64,000 bases of DNA from positions 82,460,001 to 82,524,000 of the forward strand of contig NC_042999.1 in NCBI RefSeq assembly GCF_006345805.1, in the 5' to 3' direction. The stretch is from Octopus sinensis. Its lineage: Eukaryota. Positions 1 to 12,939 of the stretch are shown in pieces. The notes below the pieces were generated by a model. That model saw only the letters and a program-made list of their open reading frames with translations. It did not search any database and was not told the DNA's origin. The position numbers were made by a program, and so were the translations under genes. Each line of letters starts with the position of its first letter. The first letter of the stretch is position 1.

Positions 1-245
1 TCGAGGGATCGCGGGTTCGAATCTCAGACCGGGTGATGTGTGTGTTTATGAGCGAAACATCTAAGCTCCACGCGGCTCCGGCAGAAGGTAATGGCGAAGT
101 TCTGCTGACTCTTTCGTCACAACTTTCTCTTACTCTTTCCTCTAGCATCTTGCAGCTCACCTGCGACGGACCGGCGTCCCGTTCAGGTGGTGAACCTATA
201 TGCCAAGGAAACCGGGAAACCTGGCGTGGCTCCAGAAGGAACAAA
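1..245 (+). mobile_element. tRNA-derived SINE, cut by the window start
   Basis: B-box GGTTCGAATC at 15-24; body (AAGCTCCACG.GGCTCCGGCAG) shared with the copy at 53620-53870. Confidence 0.6.
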
Positions 246-599
246 CAGCAACTGCAGCTGATGCAATTGATTTGCTTCGCTCCACCAAAATCAAAGACTT
301 GGTGCTTATAGCAGACATGAAAGGATTATTAATAGAAATAGTATTTCATTGGTTTTATTGTTTTAATTGTTATTATGGTTAGTCTGAGTTCAAATCATGC
401 AGTGGTCATTTTTGCTTTTCATTGAAGTCGATTTAGTCCATCATTTCCCCTTCCCCAAAATATCAGGTTCCTCTATTTATCTAAGAAACAATGATCATAT
501 TTATTTCTTATGGTTTAACGAATATGTCCAGATATTCCTTTACCACAGCACAAAATTTTCGGTACTTCTTGGAAATATTCATATTAAACTATTAAAAGT

Positions 600-1960
600 C
601 AGTAAATACTTTGTTACTGTGATTTGACAACATTTATATAAAAGTGTATTGTTTTCTGGAATGTATCATCTGTGTATATTCCTATAGTTAAATTGTGAAT
701 CTTTTACCGAATAGGTTATGCACCATTGTGGTTATACCAATTGTATATGAGAATCACACATTTCATATATGTTCTAAAGTATTTAATTCAATATATCCGT
801 CAGTGTAAAACTCAATTTGCAGCTTACTTCTGCGCAACGTAGTAGTAATTCGCTATTTCTACAGTTATTAAAATACGATTGTCCTTTATATAATATAAAA
901 TTATGTCAAATTTATTGTTGATAGATCTTTGTATGTCCGTTAGGTAAAATTCCAGAAGGATCTTTGAATTAAAATTTTCTAAGTCAGCTGAGGAAAGTAC
1001 AGAAGGGTTTGAATTAAGAAGTTGAAACTATGTAACAGCCTGCACAAAGCAGTTTCTTGGCGGTTTTCTCACTCTAAGCATATCTTGTGTAGTTAATTTC
1101 GGCTATCCCGATACGAAATGATGTATTGCTCAAGACCGCATAGGTGACATTTGTCATCTATATTATAGGAATTATACATATTTTTACCAGCGTGCTTAGC
1201 AGTCATTGCCTCTTCTTCAATGTCATTTGTGACCGTTTCTGCTACTCCATGGAACTAAATTTGTTCATTCAGACCAGCTAATGGAATGATTGGCTATGTA
1301 ATGTCATGACTTTATCATTGTCTGTTATGACCATCAGTTGCTTCCGCTATATGTCTGTTTTTGACGTTACTTTTGTTTAAGATTCTAACTGAAATGTAAT
1401 GCTTTTTCTTAAAGCAAGTTTGCTGCTACGGTGATTATCGATTTGCTACCTTTCCTATCATCATAGTCAACAAAAGTACGAAGCAATCTTTGTCTTGAGT
1501 TGAAAATATAGGGAACATTATTAATAACTGTCTTCTTATATTGCTCCCTGACATCAATAGTTCCTTGCTCTCTCCTCTCACAATTTTGTTATATGTAAGA
1601 TTTATTGTATACTGCGTGATATTTTCAAGAAATTCCTTAATATTGTAGTCTGTCGGGGTCTAAGTCCGTCTTGTTGCCCTTCAATAAATACAAAACTACA
1701 CGTATCGCTTCTATTGCAAGTGCTAATGGTATTGGGGATTCTGTGAATGTTTATGAGACTTCTCTTGTTTTTATTGCCCTTTTATTTTTGTTTTCATAAC
1801 TTCCACACATACAACTATATTCTCTACAATGCCCGAACGCCTTCAATATTCAGTATTATCCAGTGTATGTGCTGTTTTCGTCTAGTGTCTTTTAAATCAT
1901 GTGACCTATTTGCTACTGTCTCGTTCAATTTGTTAACTTCATATATCTTTCGGGCCAAAT
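600..1960 (-). mobile_element. Decayed non-LTR retrotransposon C-terminus with zinc knuckle and restriction-like endonuclease (R4/Dong-like)
   Basis: Manual translation with stops and frameshifts gives IDDKCHLCG..HFVSG*PKL (CCHC remnant) then KILLEFYLTDIQRSINNKFDIILY..ILITVEIA, matching the ILWDFxIQTD..(P)DI..IIDIA RLE motif. Confidence 0.7.
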
Positions 1961-2619
1961 GAAATTTTTACACCTTCGCTAAATTCTCAATTTTGAGATT
2001 CTCAAACTGAGGCGTATTTAAGGGATGTATTTACATCCACAGAAAGAAAGAAGGTTGTAACTGAGCCTAGTCACCCTCCTCCCTGTGTAGTAAGAATCAT
2101 TGGCTGTTATATTATTTGCACACACGGAAGTAACAATTTCCAGTGCCATTAAAATTGTGTGTACAAGACGTATAAGGAACACTAGGTAACCTTCAGAACG
2201 CTGAAGATTCGTAGGGCTATGATTTTAAGTGTGTTCAATGTTAAATTTGAAGGAGAAAAAAGAAAGAATGGGGAGTTAAAATTAGCATCGCAGCAAAATA
2301 GCTACGAAGAATTTTGAACAAAATTGGTGACGAAAAATTTTCAAAAGCTATTGGCAATTAAGAATTTTGATTTTGCAATGAAATTGCGATGTTACAATAG
2401 TTTATGGAATAATATTGCGAAAAAATAGCTTATATGTATTTTCAGAGACTTCCTACATGCAAACATTGTGCCATGGAGATGATCGTCGAATCACTTTCTG
2501 CTGAGAATACAAATGTATTTCGTTGTAAACAATTTTAACAGCGAAGAAATAAAATCAAAATGTGTTATTAAATAGGTAAAATAGTAAAAACCTACTTCGG
2601 TCATGAATGACAATGGGGT

Positions 2620-2915
2620 TGCACCTAGATTGTTCCGCTCCGAGGCACAGTTTCCGAGCAAAGTCATTTATGGATTACCAGCAGTCGTCCATGCATACCA
2701 GCCTCCTCTCTCCACACCACCAATGTTATTCAAGGGAAACGCAAAGGCCAATACAGCTTGGCACCAGTGACGTTGCAACTCATTTCTACAGCTGAGTGAA
2801 CTGGAGCAACGTGAAATGAAGTGTATTGCTCAAGAAAACGACACACAGCCCGGGCCGTGAATCTAATTCACTACCTCATGATTGAGAACCCGACACTTTA
2901 ACCACTGATCCATGC
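2620..2915 (-). mobile_element. tRNA-headed SINE with CORE-like central domain
   Basis: Minus strand reads TTCTTGAGCAATACACTT..CTCAGCTGTAGAAATGAG; homologous to the plus copy at 27000-27350. Confidence 0.65.
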
Positions 2916-3109
2916 TCATTCGACCACTGGCTTTTATTCCTTCACAATATTATTCAAAACGTAATATTTTTTTTAAATTGACGTCCCTGAAGAATTTATC
3001 TCAAATTTTGAAATCTTAAGATGTAATACATTATTTACATTATTTTACTCTAATAAATATAGAACTTAAGATGTAATGTTTACATTACTGTGGAATGATG
3101 GAATCGTGG

Positions 3110-3375
3110 AACAAAATGCTAAGCGTTATATGTTCCGGTTCCTTACATTCTGAGTTCAAGTCCTGCTGATGTCACTTTTGTTTGTCACCTTTCCAGGTTT
3201 GAAAGCACTGAATATAATAATGAAGGACCAGTCATTAAAATAAACGTTTCAAATTTTAGCACAGAGACAGCAGTTTTTGTGACATCGAAAGAATGAAAGT
3301 TGAATTTGGCAGAATTCGAAACCTGAGTGTTAGCATTTTGTCCGCCATAGTAACGATTCTGCAAGTTCACCGCCT
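3110..3375. mobile_element. Two opposed degenerate SINE heads (GGCGGCGAGCTGGCAGAA family)
   Basis: Plus fragment ATGCTAAGCG..TTCTGAGTTCAAGTCC and minus fragment GGCGGTGAACTTGCAGAATCGTTA match the head of the copies at 22315-22547 and 44243-44467. Confidence 0.5.
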
Positions 3376-3495
3376 GAACCAGACATTAAATAAAAAAGAA
3401 AGTACCAGTTGATATAAAACATTTGGGTTAGAACAATAGACCAATCTCCTGTCCACCAAATCCCAGGTTATGTGCTAATATCCAAAACAGTTATT

Positions 3496-4372
3496 GGATC
3501 TTTTCGGTTTGAACGGCAGTTTTTTACTAGCGGTGTCATATGAAATTGTCACCCATAATTATGACCCTAGTATCGATCTATTGCATTTCAATCTGTTTTA
3601 GGGTTAGGGTTAGAGTTAGGGTTAGGGGTGGGGGGAAGGGTATTTTTTTCTTCACAAATGTAAATAAACCCAATCTGTTTCTTAAACGAGGGACATACTC
3701 ATCCGGCACATAATGTTTTTTACATCAAAATGTCCATTTAAACCAGTTGTTCTCAACCATTGTTTTGCCTCTGAAACCATTTGATTCCTATTTTTACTCT
3801 ATTGGACCTCTTTAATCATACGATTGAAAACAGAGAAATTCCTATCGTTTTTTTATAATTAAATATTATTAGGAATTCTATTAAAAAATCAAATATTTTG
3901 TGTATTGTAGCAAGTATAACCAATTTATTTCATACAATCTTAGGATCTTTTCGGTTTCAACGGCAGTTTTTCTAGCGGTGTCATATGAAATTGTCACCCA
4001 TAATTATGACCCTAGTATCGATCTATTGCATTTCAATCTGTTTTAGGGTTAGGGTTAGTTAGGGTTAGGGTTAGGGGTGGTGGGAAGGGTATCTTTTTTT
4101 CTTCACAATTGTAAATAAACCCAATCTGTTTCTTAAACGAGGGACATACTCATCCGGCACATAATGTTTTTTACCTCAATAGACGTCAGTGATTGGTTGA
4201 AATTGCAGAAATTGAAGAAAAAAACAACAAATATCTTACAAACTATAAGATTTTCTCAATAAAGCCAAGAAAAAAAGATGTTTTATAAACACATTCTACC
4301 AGTATAGGAAGTTTTAATTTTTTAGTTACCTAGAAATTATGTTAAAAACTGCCGATCAAACCGAAAAGACCC
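3496..4372 (+). mobile_element. Composite non-autonomous DNA transposon with GG-starting TIRs, 8-bp TSD and internal TTAGGG repeats (Merlin-like candidate)
   Basis: Left TIR GGATCTTTTCGGTTTGAACGGCAGTTTTT at 3496; right TIR AAAAACTGCCGATCAAACCGAAAAGACCC ending 4372; CAGTTATT at both 3488-3495 and 4373-4380; a second left end starts at 3943. Confidence 0.75.
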
Positions 4373-4906
4373 CAGTTATTAAATAACATTTTGCCAAGTG
4401 TCGTAGAATTCGTTACTGTTGTCTCCTTCTAATCTTGACTGCACTGCTACCACGATGTACAACATGGGTTAAGGTTATATAGATATACTTAAGAATAGTA
4501 ATAATACTTTTTATAATGACACAGATGACTTCATTTTCGTAACGGAATACTTTTAAAAGTCAATGCTTTAAATCTTGTTTTCATTAAATTAAAACAATAA
4601 ACTGTCTACGAAAGAAAGAGTCAATTATCAACGCTAAGTAGAACTGCTTTTCGTGTAAATCCTAAATCAACTGCTATGTAACTAAAAAGTAAATATAATG
4701 ATGTGTATGTATTTATCGAAAGGTTATATGCACTCCTTGAATAGATAGAATTCTAAATCCTCTGAATCGTCATTTTATTGTTTTGATTAATAACATTCAT
4801 CCTACATTTTGCTGTATATTTGAAAGTACACTGGATACAATACTACATCAGAGAATTCTTTAACAGCAGTTACACAGTCACATCCTATAACCAGAGCCGT
4901 TTAAAC

Positions 4907-5234
4907 CAGTGATTCTCAACTGGGGTCCATATGGCCCCTGAGTGTCCACATAAGTTTGGGATCTTTTCGGTTTGACCGGCAGTTTTTAAAATAATTTCCA
5001 CGTAACTAAACACTTTTAAACTTCGTATACTAGTAGAATGTCTTTATAAAAGATTTTTTTCGCTTGGCTTTGTTGAGACAATTCTATACTTTGTAAGATG
5101 TTTGTTGTTGTTTTTTCTTCAATTTCTAAACGATAGGAATTTCTCTGTTTTCAATCGTATGATTAAAGAGGTCCAATAGAGTAAAAATAGGAATCAAATG
5201 GTTTCAGAGGCAAAACAATGGTTGAGAACAACTG
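4907..5234. mobile_element. hAT-type MITE interrupted by the right end of the GGATC-TIR element (4959-5127)
   Basis: TIRs CAGTGATTCTCAAC / GTTGAGAACAACTG; flanks GTTTAAAC (4899-4906) and GTTTAAAT (5235-5242) form an 8-bp TSD with one mismatch. Confidence 0.7.
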
Positions 5235-7811
5235 GTTTAAATGGACATAAATGTTGGTTTATATATTTTTATGTCTTTTATTTAATCCGTGGAAGGCACA
5301 TAAACAGAAATGAGTTTATTGTATACCAAAAGCGATGCAAACAGCAAAGGCATAGACGTTGGTATGCAGTTACAAATTTTTCTTCATCAATACGTGGCCA
5401 CAAAAGGGTATTGAATCCAGTCCCACGTAGTGACATCTTTGGTAAATGCTTTCCATTGTAGCCCCCAGAACCACCGCATTTTGACTGAATTCTTAAACAG
5501 AAATTGTTTAGAAGCCTCATATGAGTGTATGTGTGTGTATCTATATGCGTATGTGTGCTTGCGTGCGTGTGTTTGCGTGCGTGTGTCTGTGTCTGTGCAT
5601 ACTTTTGTGCGCGTGCGTGCGTGTGTTCCTAATTATATAATTATGTGTAATTACAACTGCATCTCTATTCTGATGCATGCTAATAAATTTCTCTGTATTG
5701 TTTTGATATTACCATATACCTATCACCATTTTATTTCTCTATTCCTTGTAACGAAACTTTAAATATATGTCTAATCTGTGTACCAGAAAAAAATTTTTCA
5801 GAGATTTAAACCGCAACGGAGTAACGTTTCCATATACCTAACGTTGCATATGACAAAAAGGTAGAAGGTGAAATAAAAAGAAAGAATGAATAAAAAGATA
5901 AGGAAAGGAAATGGAATAGGAAAGATTGATGGAGGTAAATAATATATATACAATATTATTAACAAACAAAAGTAAAACAGAAATACAAACAGAATATATA
6001 AAACAATGACCAAATGATGCATGATGAATTGAGTGCAAATCAATGCACATGAAAACAAAATACTCATATGTCCCTCAGCTCAACACGACAGAGGGGGAAA
6101 AAGAGAAGAAAAGAAACCATTGTGACCATATTGCAATTGTACGAAGAAAATTTAGATGCCCAATAAAATATACTTAAAAGGAATTTGACCGTTTTATGAC
6201 GTTAAATAGATAGAATCGCTCTTCTGTGTTGTTATTACTGAATATATTGTATTTTTTTTATGTTGCAATTTGTTAGAAGCATTGCAACGTGTATAAATGG
6301 TGAAGAAAATTCTTTGAGCAATATTGAGGAGAAGTTGGGAAAAACTAGTTCAAATATGTTGCTACGCTGCCGGATAAAGATATTTCTAAATCATGCACGT
6401 AGCTTAATAACTTGTGCAAATATGATTATACATTATGTGTGTGTAAGTGTGTGTGTGTGTGTGTAATGATTAAAGTATCCCAAACCAAAAGGGAAGAAAT
6501 TCACCGTCACTAACAGTGACTAAGTGTGCATGGTACCACCAGTATTGCTAGAAACAAGAATCAAATATTCTTTAGCCACAAAGCACGGTTCTATGTACTG
6601 ACAAGGGAAACAACTTCCCTTCAGCAAACAAGGGCGTCAAGTTGGCACGCCAATTTCGCATGAAATTAATGCTCATCGGTGATGGTGATGGTGAAGCTGA
6701 ATTTTTTTAAAGTCTGTGTTGGCTTGACTGTATATTGAAAGACATATAGATACATGCACGCACACACACACACACACACATACACACACACAGAGCGAGA
6801 AAGAAAGAGGGAAAGAGAGGGAGAGTGGGAGAGAAGAGGGAGAGAAACAAGGAAAAATATGTAAGATATCAGTAAGTGAAGACAAAGAGAAAGATACTGT
6901 ATTAGCTTACGCAGGTTGTTTAATGATACTAAAACAATCGGATAAGATTCCACCTTTTCAGATAGAAGAAAGAAAATAACCATCATAATTTAGTATTGTT
7001 TCTTTATAATCGATTAACCATATTTGCGTGGGCTTAAAGAGATGTTTTTCCCAACCCCCATAACTTTTGGTTACATAAATAATGCATTCATTATATGGCT
7101 GCAATTTTCTTTCTTAAAAGTACTTAAGTATATCAGTGAAGTGCACCAAGTACTTAGAATACTTGATACAAGGAGGTCAGGAATTAAAAGCTCGAGTATC
7201 ATATCTTCGAATATAAGTGAACTCACGACTAAAAGTCATGCTACAAAGAAACGAAAAACTAAACTGGATTTTTCCTAAAGAGTTGTTAAAAGTATATGAA
7301 AGAAATTTCAAAAGAATATCGAAACCTTGATTGCTCAAAAATTCAAATGACAAAAGTTTACTCTGCGCCCCCCCCCCCCACCAAAACCTCCAGCATTTTT
7401 TGTCAGTCGGCAACAAGCCAACATACAGAACAATTACTTTGCAACTTTTTTCAGTACACACTTAACTATCTTTCATCCAGAATCCTTCGTTATTCATGTG
7501 TATATGTGTATATAAGTATATGTATATATCTGTGTTTATATACACACATGTATGTACATGTCTATATATATACATATATGTGTGTATGTATGTCTATATA
7601 TATATGTATATATATATATGTAGACACATACACACACACACATATATATATAGCCAATCTAAATGTATATATTTGTCGTTACCTGTCATAAATAGCCTTT
7701 TTTTATTTGCAATGTGCATTTTCGTTGATTTTTTTCATATTTTACCCTTACATTTCCATGTGTATTTTATATTTTCTTTTCGTAACATATTTCTACTATA
7801 CATATATATAT

Positions 7812-7860
<49 letters not shown>

Positions 7861-8199
7861 GTATAAGTGTGTATGTATGCAAGTATGTGTGCATGTACGT
7901 AGAGCACAACTTTTAACCTCTTTCTAAGTACTTATTTTTCCTTGTATGTTGTATAAAATATTATAATCTGACCTGATGCGTGTCTATGGTTCTATTTTGA
8001 TTTCCACACACCTGTTCAATCGGTACATAGCGTATAGCAAATCCCTGAATTTGAATTTATGTATAAATTCGACGTACGTACTAATTGTATGTAAATACTA
8101 TCTCCTAAGTTACGGGAATGTAATCAGACCAACATCGGTTGACAAGCGATGTTAGAGGACAAACAGATATACATACACATACATACATGTATATACATG

Positions 8200-8460
8200 T
8201 ACGACGGGCTTCTCGCAGCTTCCGTCTACAAAATCCACTCACAAGGTTTTGGTCGGTCCGAAGCTATAGTAGAAGGTGCAAAGCAGTGTGACTGAACCTG
8301 GGACCATGTGGTTGGTAAGTAGTATTTTTACCAACCAGATGTTTCCAGGTTCAGTCCCACTGCTTGGCAGCTTGGGCCAGTGTTTTCTACTATAGCTTCG
8401 GGCCAACCAAAGCCTTGTGGGTGGATTAGGTAGACGTAAACTGAAAGATGCCCGTCGTAT
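8200..8460. mobile_element. Head-to-head pair of SINE module A copies
   Basis: ACGACGGGCTTC..ACTGAACC (minus) followed by GGTTCAGTCCCACTG..AAACTGAAAGATGCCCGTCGTA (plus). Confidence 0.6.
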
Positions 8461-8566
8461 GTATGTATGTATGTATGTATGTATGTATGTATGTATGTAT
8501 GTATGTATGTATGTATGTATGCATGTATGTATGTATATATATATGTATGTATGTATGTATGTATTG

Positions 8567-8605
<39 letters not shown>

Positions 8606-8751
8606 GATATGCTGCTTGTGGTTTCAGTCTGCAAATCCATTCACAATGCTTTTGTCGGACCGAGGCAATATAACGTGCCACGCAGTGCGACTGAACCCAT
8701 GACCGTGTGATTGCGAAGGAGGATTCTTACCACAAATTCACTATTACTACT

Positions 8752-8796
<45 letters not shown>

Positions 8797-9391
8797 TATA
8801 TATTATATATATATAAGCTGATATGCGTGAGTGTGAGCGCCTATATGGTGGAAATTTACACTAATTAGTAGTGATTCACTACTGTACAAGTATCAGAGAA
8901 TCTCTCATAAGACTAACTATTTGAGAATCACTTATTGATTGAATTACTACATTCCCTACCTGTTGTATGGAACAAAATATATAAATTGTGATCTCTCAGT
9001 TGAGTACGTTGTCCCATATATACGTATGTGTGTGTGTGCGTGTGTTTTGTGCGTACATACGTGCTTGTGCGTACGTGTATATATGCGTATGTGTATGTAT
9101 GTGTGGATGTGTATCTGTCTATCTAACATGAAACAGTTGTGTCTGTATATATCTATATAGTTATGTATGTGTTTGTGTGTTTGTGTTTCTGTGCATAGGT
9201 GCATAGGTATGTGTATCTGAATATCTTTGCCCACATTTGTATAGATATATACGTAGTTAGGTGGTAAGAAGTTTGTTCCCGAACCACATGATTCTGGGTT
9301 CACTCCCACTGTATGGCACTTTAGTCAAGCTTCTACTATAGCCCCGGATGGACACAATCTTTGTGAATGCATTGGGTGGACGGTAATTGAA

Positions 9392-9424
<33 letters not shown>

Positions 9425-9447
9425 GTGTGTGTGTGTGTGTGTGTATG

Positions 9448-9505
<58 letters not shown>

Positions 9506-9636
9506 CATATATATATATATATATGAATATACATATAAGCGAGGGTGGTGTTGGTAGGTTGTATCAGGATTCGTCGCCAGAGATGCATAGAGATACACAC
9601 ATTCACGTACAATGCATATATATGTAAATAAATATG

Positions 9637-9680
<44 letters not shown>

Positions 9681-9851
9681 AATATATATATTTGTATGTA
9701 TGTGCGTGTGTATATATGTACACTATATATATACAACGCAAATGTTTGTATAAATATATATATTTGTATGTGTGCGTGTGTACATATCTATATATGTACA
9801 GTACATATATCTATATCTATCTATCTATCTATATATATATATATTATATAT

Positions 9852-9920
<69 letters not shown>

Positions 9921-10329
9921 GATATAAATATGTCTACACGTACGTAAGTACATATGGATATACACGTGCATGTGTATCTACACGCGTATATGTGTATGTT
10001 TATGAGGGTGTGGGTGTAGATATTTTTGTGTGTGAGTGTGTGGGTGTACGTGTGCTTACGGATACGTGCTTCATTGGATTGCGTTATGATTAAGCGTTCC
10101 ACCCCGGTTCGCTGTACATCCGGGTTTGGTTTCACAGTGTAGTGGTTTGCGAAACTGACTACCACTATATACTACAAATCCCTGAATTACTAAACGCTGG
10201 TTTATAAACGCATAACTGTGTGTGTGTGTGTGTGTGTGTGAGTATATGTGTGTGTGGGGGGTGTATGTGTTTGTGTATGTGTGTGTATATATATTTGTGT
10301 GTGTGTGTATAGATAAATAGATAAATAGA

Positions 10330-10718
10330 TATTCTTCTTGTTTCAGTTATTTGACTGCAGCCATGCTGGAGCACCACTTTTAGTAAAACAAATCGACCTC
10401 AGGACTTATTCTTTGTAAGCTTAGTTCTTATTCTATCGGTCTCTTTGCCGAATCGTTAAGTTACGAGGACGTAAACGCGCCGACAACGGTTATCAAGTGA
10501 TGGTGGGGAGACAAACACACAAACACGGACATAAAAATACATACATATGTATACGACGGGCTTTTTTTCAGTTTCCGTCCACCAAATCTAATCAGAAGGA
10601 CTTGGTCGGTCCGAAGCTACAGCTGAAGACAGTCGCCGAAGGTCCCACGCAGTGGGACTGAACCCGGAGCCATATGGTTGGGAAGCGAGCTTCTTACCAC
10701 CAGCCACTACGACGCCTA
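10330..10718 (-). mobile_element. Bipartite SINE: tRNA head plus module A, microsatellite linker, module B
   Basis: Same module order as copies at 10995-11395, 21740-22160 and 52263-52685; B-box GGTTCAGTCCC. Confidence 0.75.
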
Positions 10719-10737
10719 TATATACATAGATATATAC

Positions 10738-10770
<33 letters not shown>

Positions 10771-10887
10771 AGATATATTATATATATATAGATATATATA
10801 TATATATTATATATATGATATATATATAGTTATATATATATATATATATACATATATAATACATGCATACGTACATACATACATACA

Positions 10888-10920
<33 letters not shown>

Positions 10921-10994
10921 CTATATATATATATATATATATTAGAAACTAACACACACACATACACGCGCTCATATTTATCCATATATATATA

Positions 10995-11395
10995 TTCTTG
11001 TAGTCATCTACTTTTTTCAGTTATTTGACTACGGTTATGCTGCAACACTGCCTTTTTTAATCAAAGAAATCGACCCCAGGATTATTTTTTGATAGCCTGG
11101 TACTTATTTTATCGGTCTCTTTGGGCGAACCGTTAAATTACGGTGACGTAAACAGAGTAACATAGGTGGTCAAGCGATGGTGGGGAGGAATAAACACAGA
11201 CACAAACAGACACACACACACACAGATAAATACACACACTCACACACAAACATATATATAAATATATACGACGGGATTTTTTCAGTTTCCGTCGACGCAG
11301 GGTATAGTAGAAGACATTTGCCCAAGATATTCAATGGGACTGGACCCGGAACCATGTGGCTGGGAAGCAATCTTCTTACCACACAGCCATATACG
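10995..11395 (-). mobile_element. Bipartite SINE (A-linker-B)
   Basis: Colinear with 10330-10718. Confidence 0.7.
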
Positions 11396-11524
11396 TGCGA
11401 AACTGGGTATTACCAATTGGTTGATAACTGATGAAGAGTTAGGGGCCGACTGAGTTTGTACACGACGTATATGTTATGTCTTTTGTTTATTTACCATGCA
11501 TTTCTTTCATTTATGACATATATA

Positions 11525-11689
11525 TATTTTTTCTCTCCTTGTTTCTTTTCTGTGTATCTTTCTGTCGAAGAGCGTAGACTCGAAACGTAAAAGACTTGTT
11601 TTATTTCTATTCCTGAGCGCCATACTAATACATTGTTTGTTTGTACTCCACCCGCCTTCGTCTTTTGTTTATTTTCGTAAACCTTCCCG

Positions 11690-11695
<6 letters not shown>
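11525..11695 (+). mobile_element. ~170-bp Penelope-pLTR-like repeat between (TA)n tracts
   Basis: Homologous to 45435-45640 (-), 45672-45825 (+) and 48255-48415 (+); carries a hammerhead-like fold. Confidence 0.6.
11557..11594 (+). ncRNA. Minimal type-I hammerhead ribozyme-like fold, core CUGUCGA
   Basis: TCTTT-CTGTCGA-A-GAG(CGTAGA)CTC-GAAAC-GTA-AAAGA: stem I TCTTT/AAAGA, palindromic ACGU stem III, GUA site. Confidence 0.55.
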
Positions 11696-11753
<58 letters not shown>

Positions 11754-12000
11754 CGTGTAGGTGTTTGTATGAGTACATATGTATAAACATAATGCCTGGA
11801 TATACGATATAATTTATTCCCGGAGATTGAAATTTTATGCCGTTATTTTATTTTCTCGCTGGGTAAACGCGTCAGAACCAGTGTTACCTCATGTTGCGAC
11901 GTTGCCACACACAAAAATGGCTTTTTACCCCTGATATGTTTATTATAAAATAAAATAAAACTCGTTAACCAGGGGTTTCGTAAAGTGAGGTATTACTGCG

Positions 12001-12037
<37 letters not shown>

Positions 12038-12205
12038 AAAATAAGCAACAAGGATATCCAGAGGTGATGCAGGTATTTTGATTTTAATCCCCTTACTTTT
12101 ATATGGATAATACCATACTAAAATCTGGTGCCTCAACTTAAGTACCATTTTCATTTGAATCTATATATATGTGTGTGTTTATGTGTGCATGTATATATGT
12201 ATGTG

Positions 12206-12291
<86 letters not shown>

Positions 12292-12404
12292 ATATGTATA
12301 TATATATATAGATATGTGTGTGTGTGCATATATAAATGTATGTATATGTATTATGTATATATATATATATTTGTGCCTATATATATATATATATATGCAC
12401 ACAC

Positions 12405-12436
<32 letters not shown>

Positions 12437-12493
12437 ATATAGATATATATATATATGTGGTGTATGTATATACATGTTTACACACAGACAGAT

Positions 12494-12531
<38 letters not shown>

Positions 12532-12560
12532 ATCTATCTATCTATCTATCTAACTATCTG

Positions 12561-12592
<32 letters not shown>

Positions 12593-12602
12593 CCTATCTA
12601 TC

Positions 12603-12664
<62 letters not shown>

Positions 12665-12839
12665 TATTCTGCTATATTTTTAAGTATGTGCATAACTTCA
12701 AACACACATTCATAGAAGTATTGATACATGTACGCATAGTTCCGTACATTTATAAATACACATATAGATGTATTCACACATTCACACACATGGACATACA
12801 GAGACACATAGATTACCAGAAGGTTCGTAGCGTGAAGTG

Positions 12840-12939
12840 NNNNNNNNNNNNNNNNNNNNNNNNNNNNNNNNNNNNNNNNNNNNNNNNNNNNNNNNNNNNN
12901 NNNNNNNNNNNNNNNNNNNNNNNNNNNNNNNNNNNNNNN
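12840..12939. other. Assembly gap (100 N)
   Basis: Run of N. Confidence 1.

Noticed and set aside
5278-5520. 80-aa minus ORF with non-repetitive look
   Set aside because: Overlaps a degenerate SINE module A remnant; no recognisable domain.
7024-7330. KLDFS motif suggesting an RT fragment
   Set aside because: Too little surrounding similarity to call.
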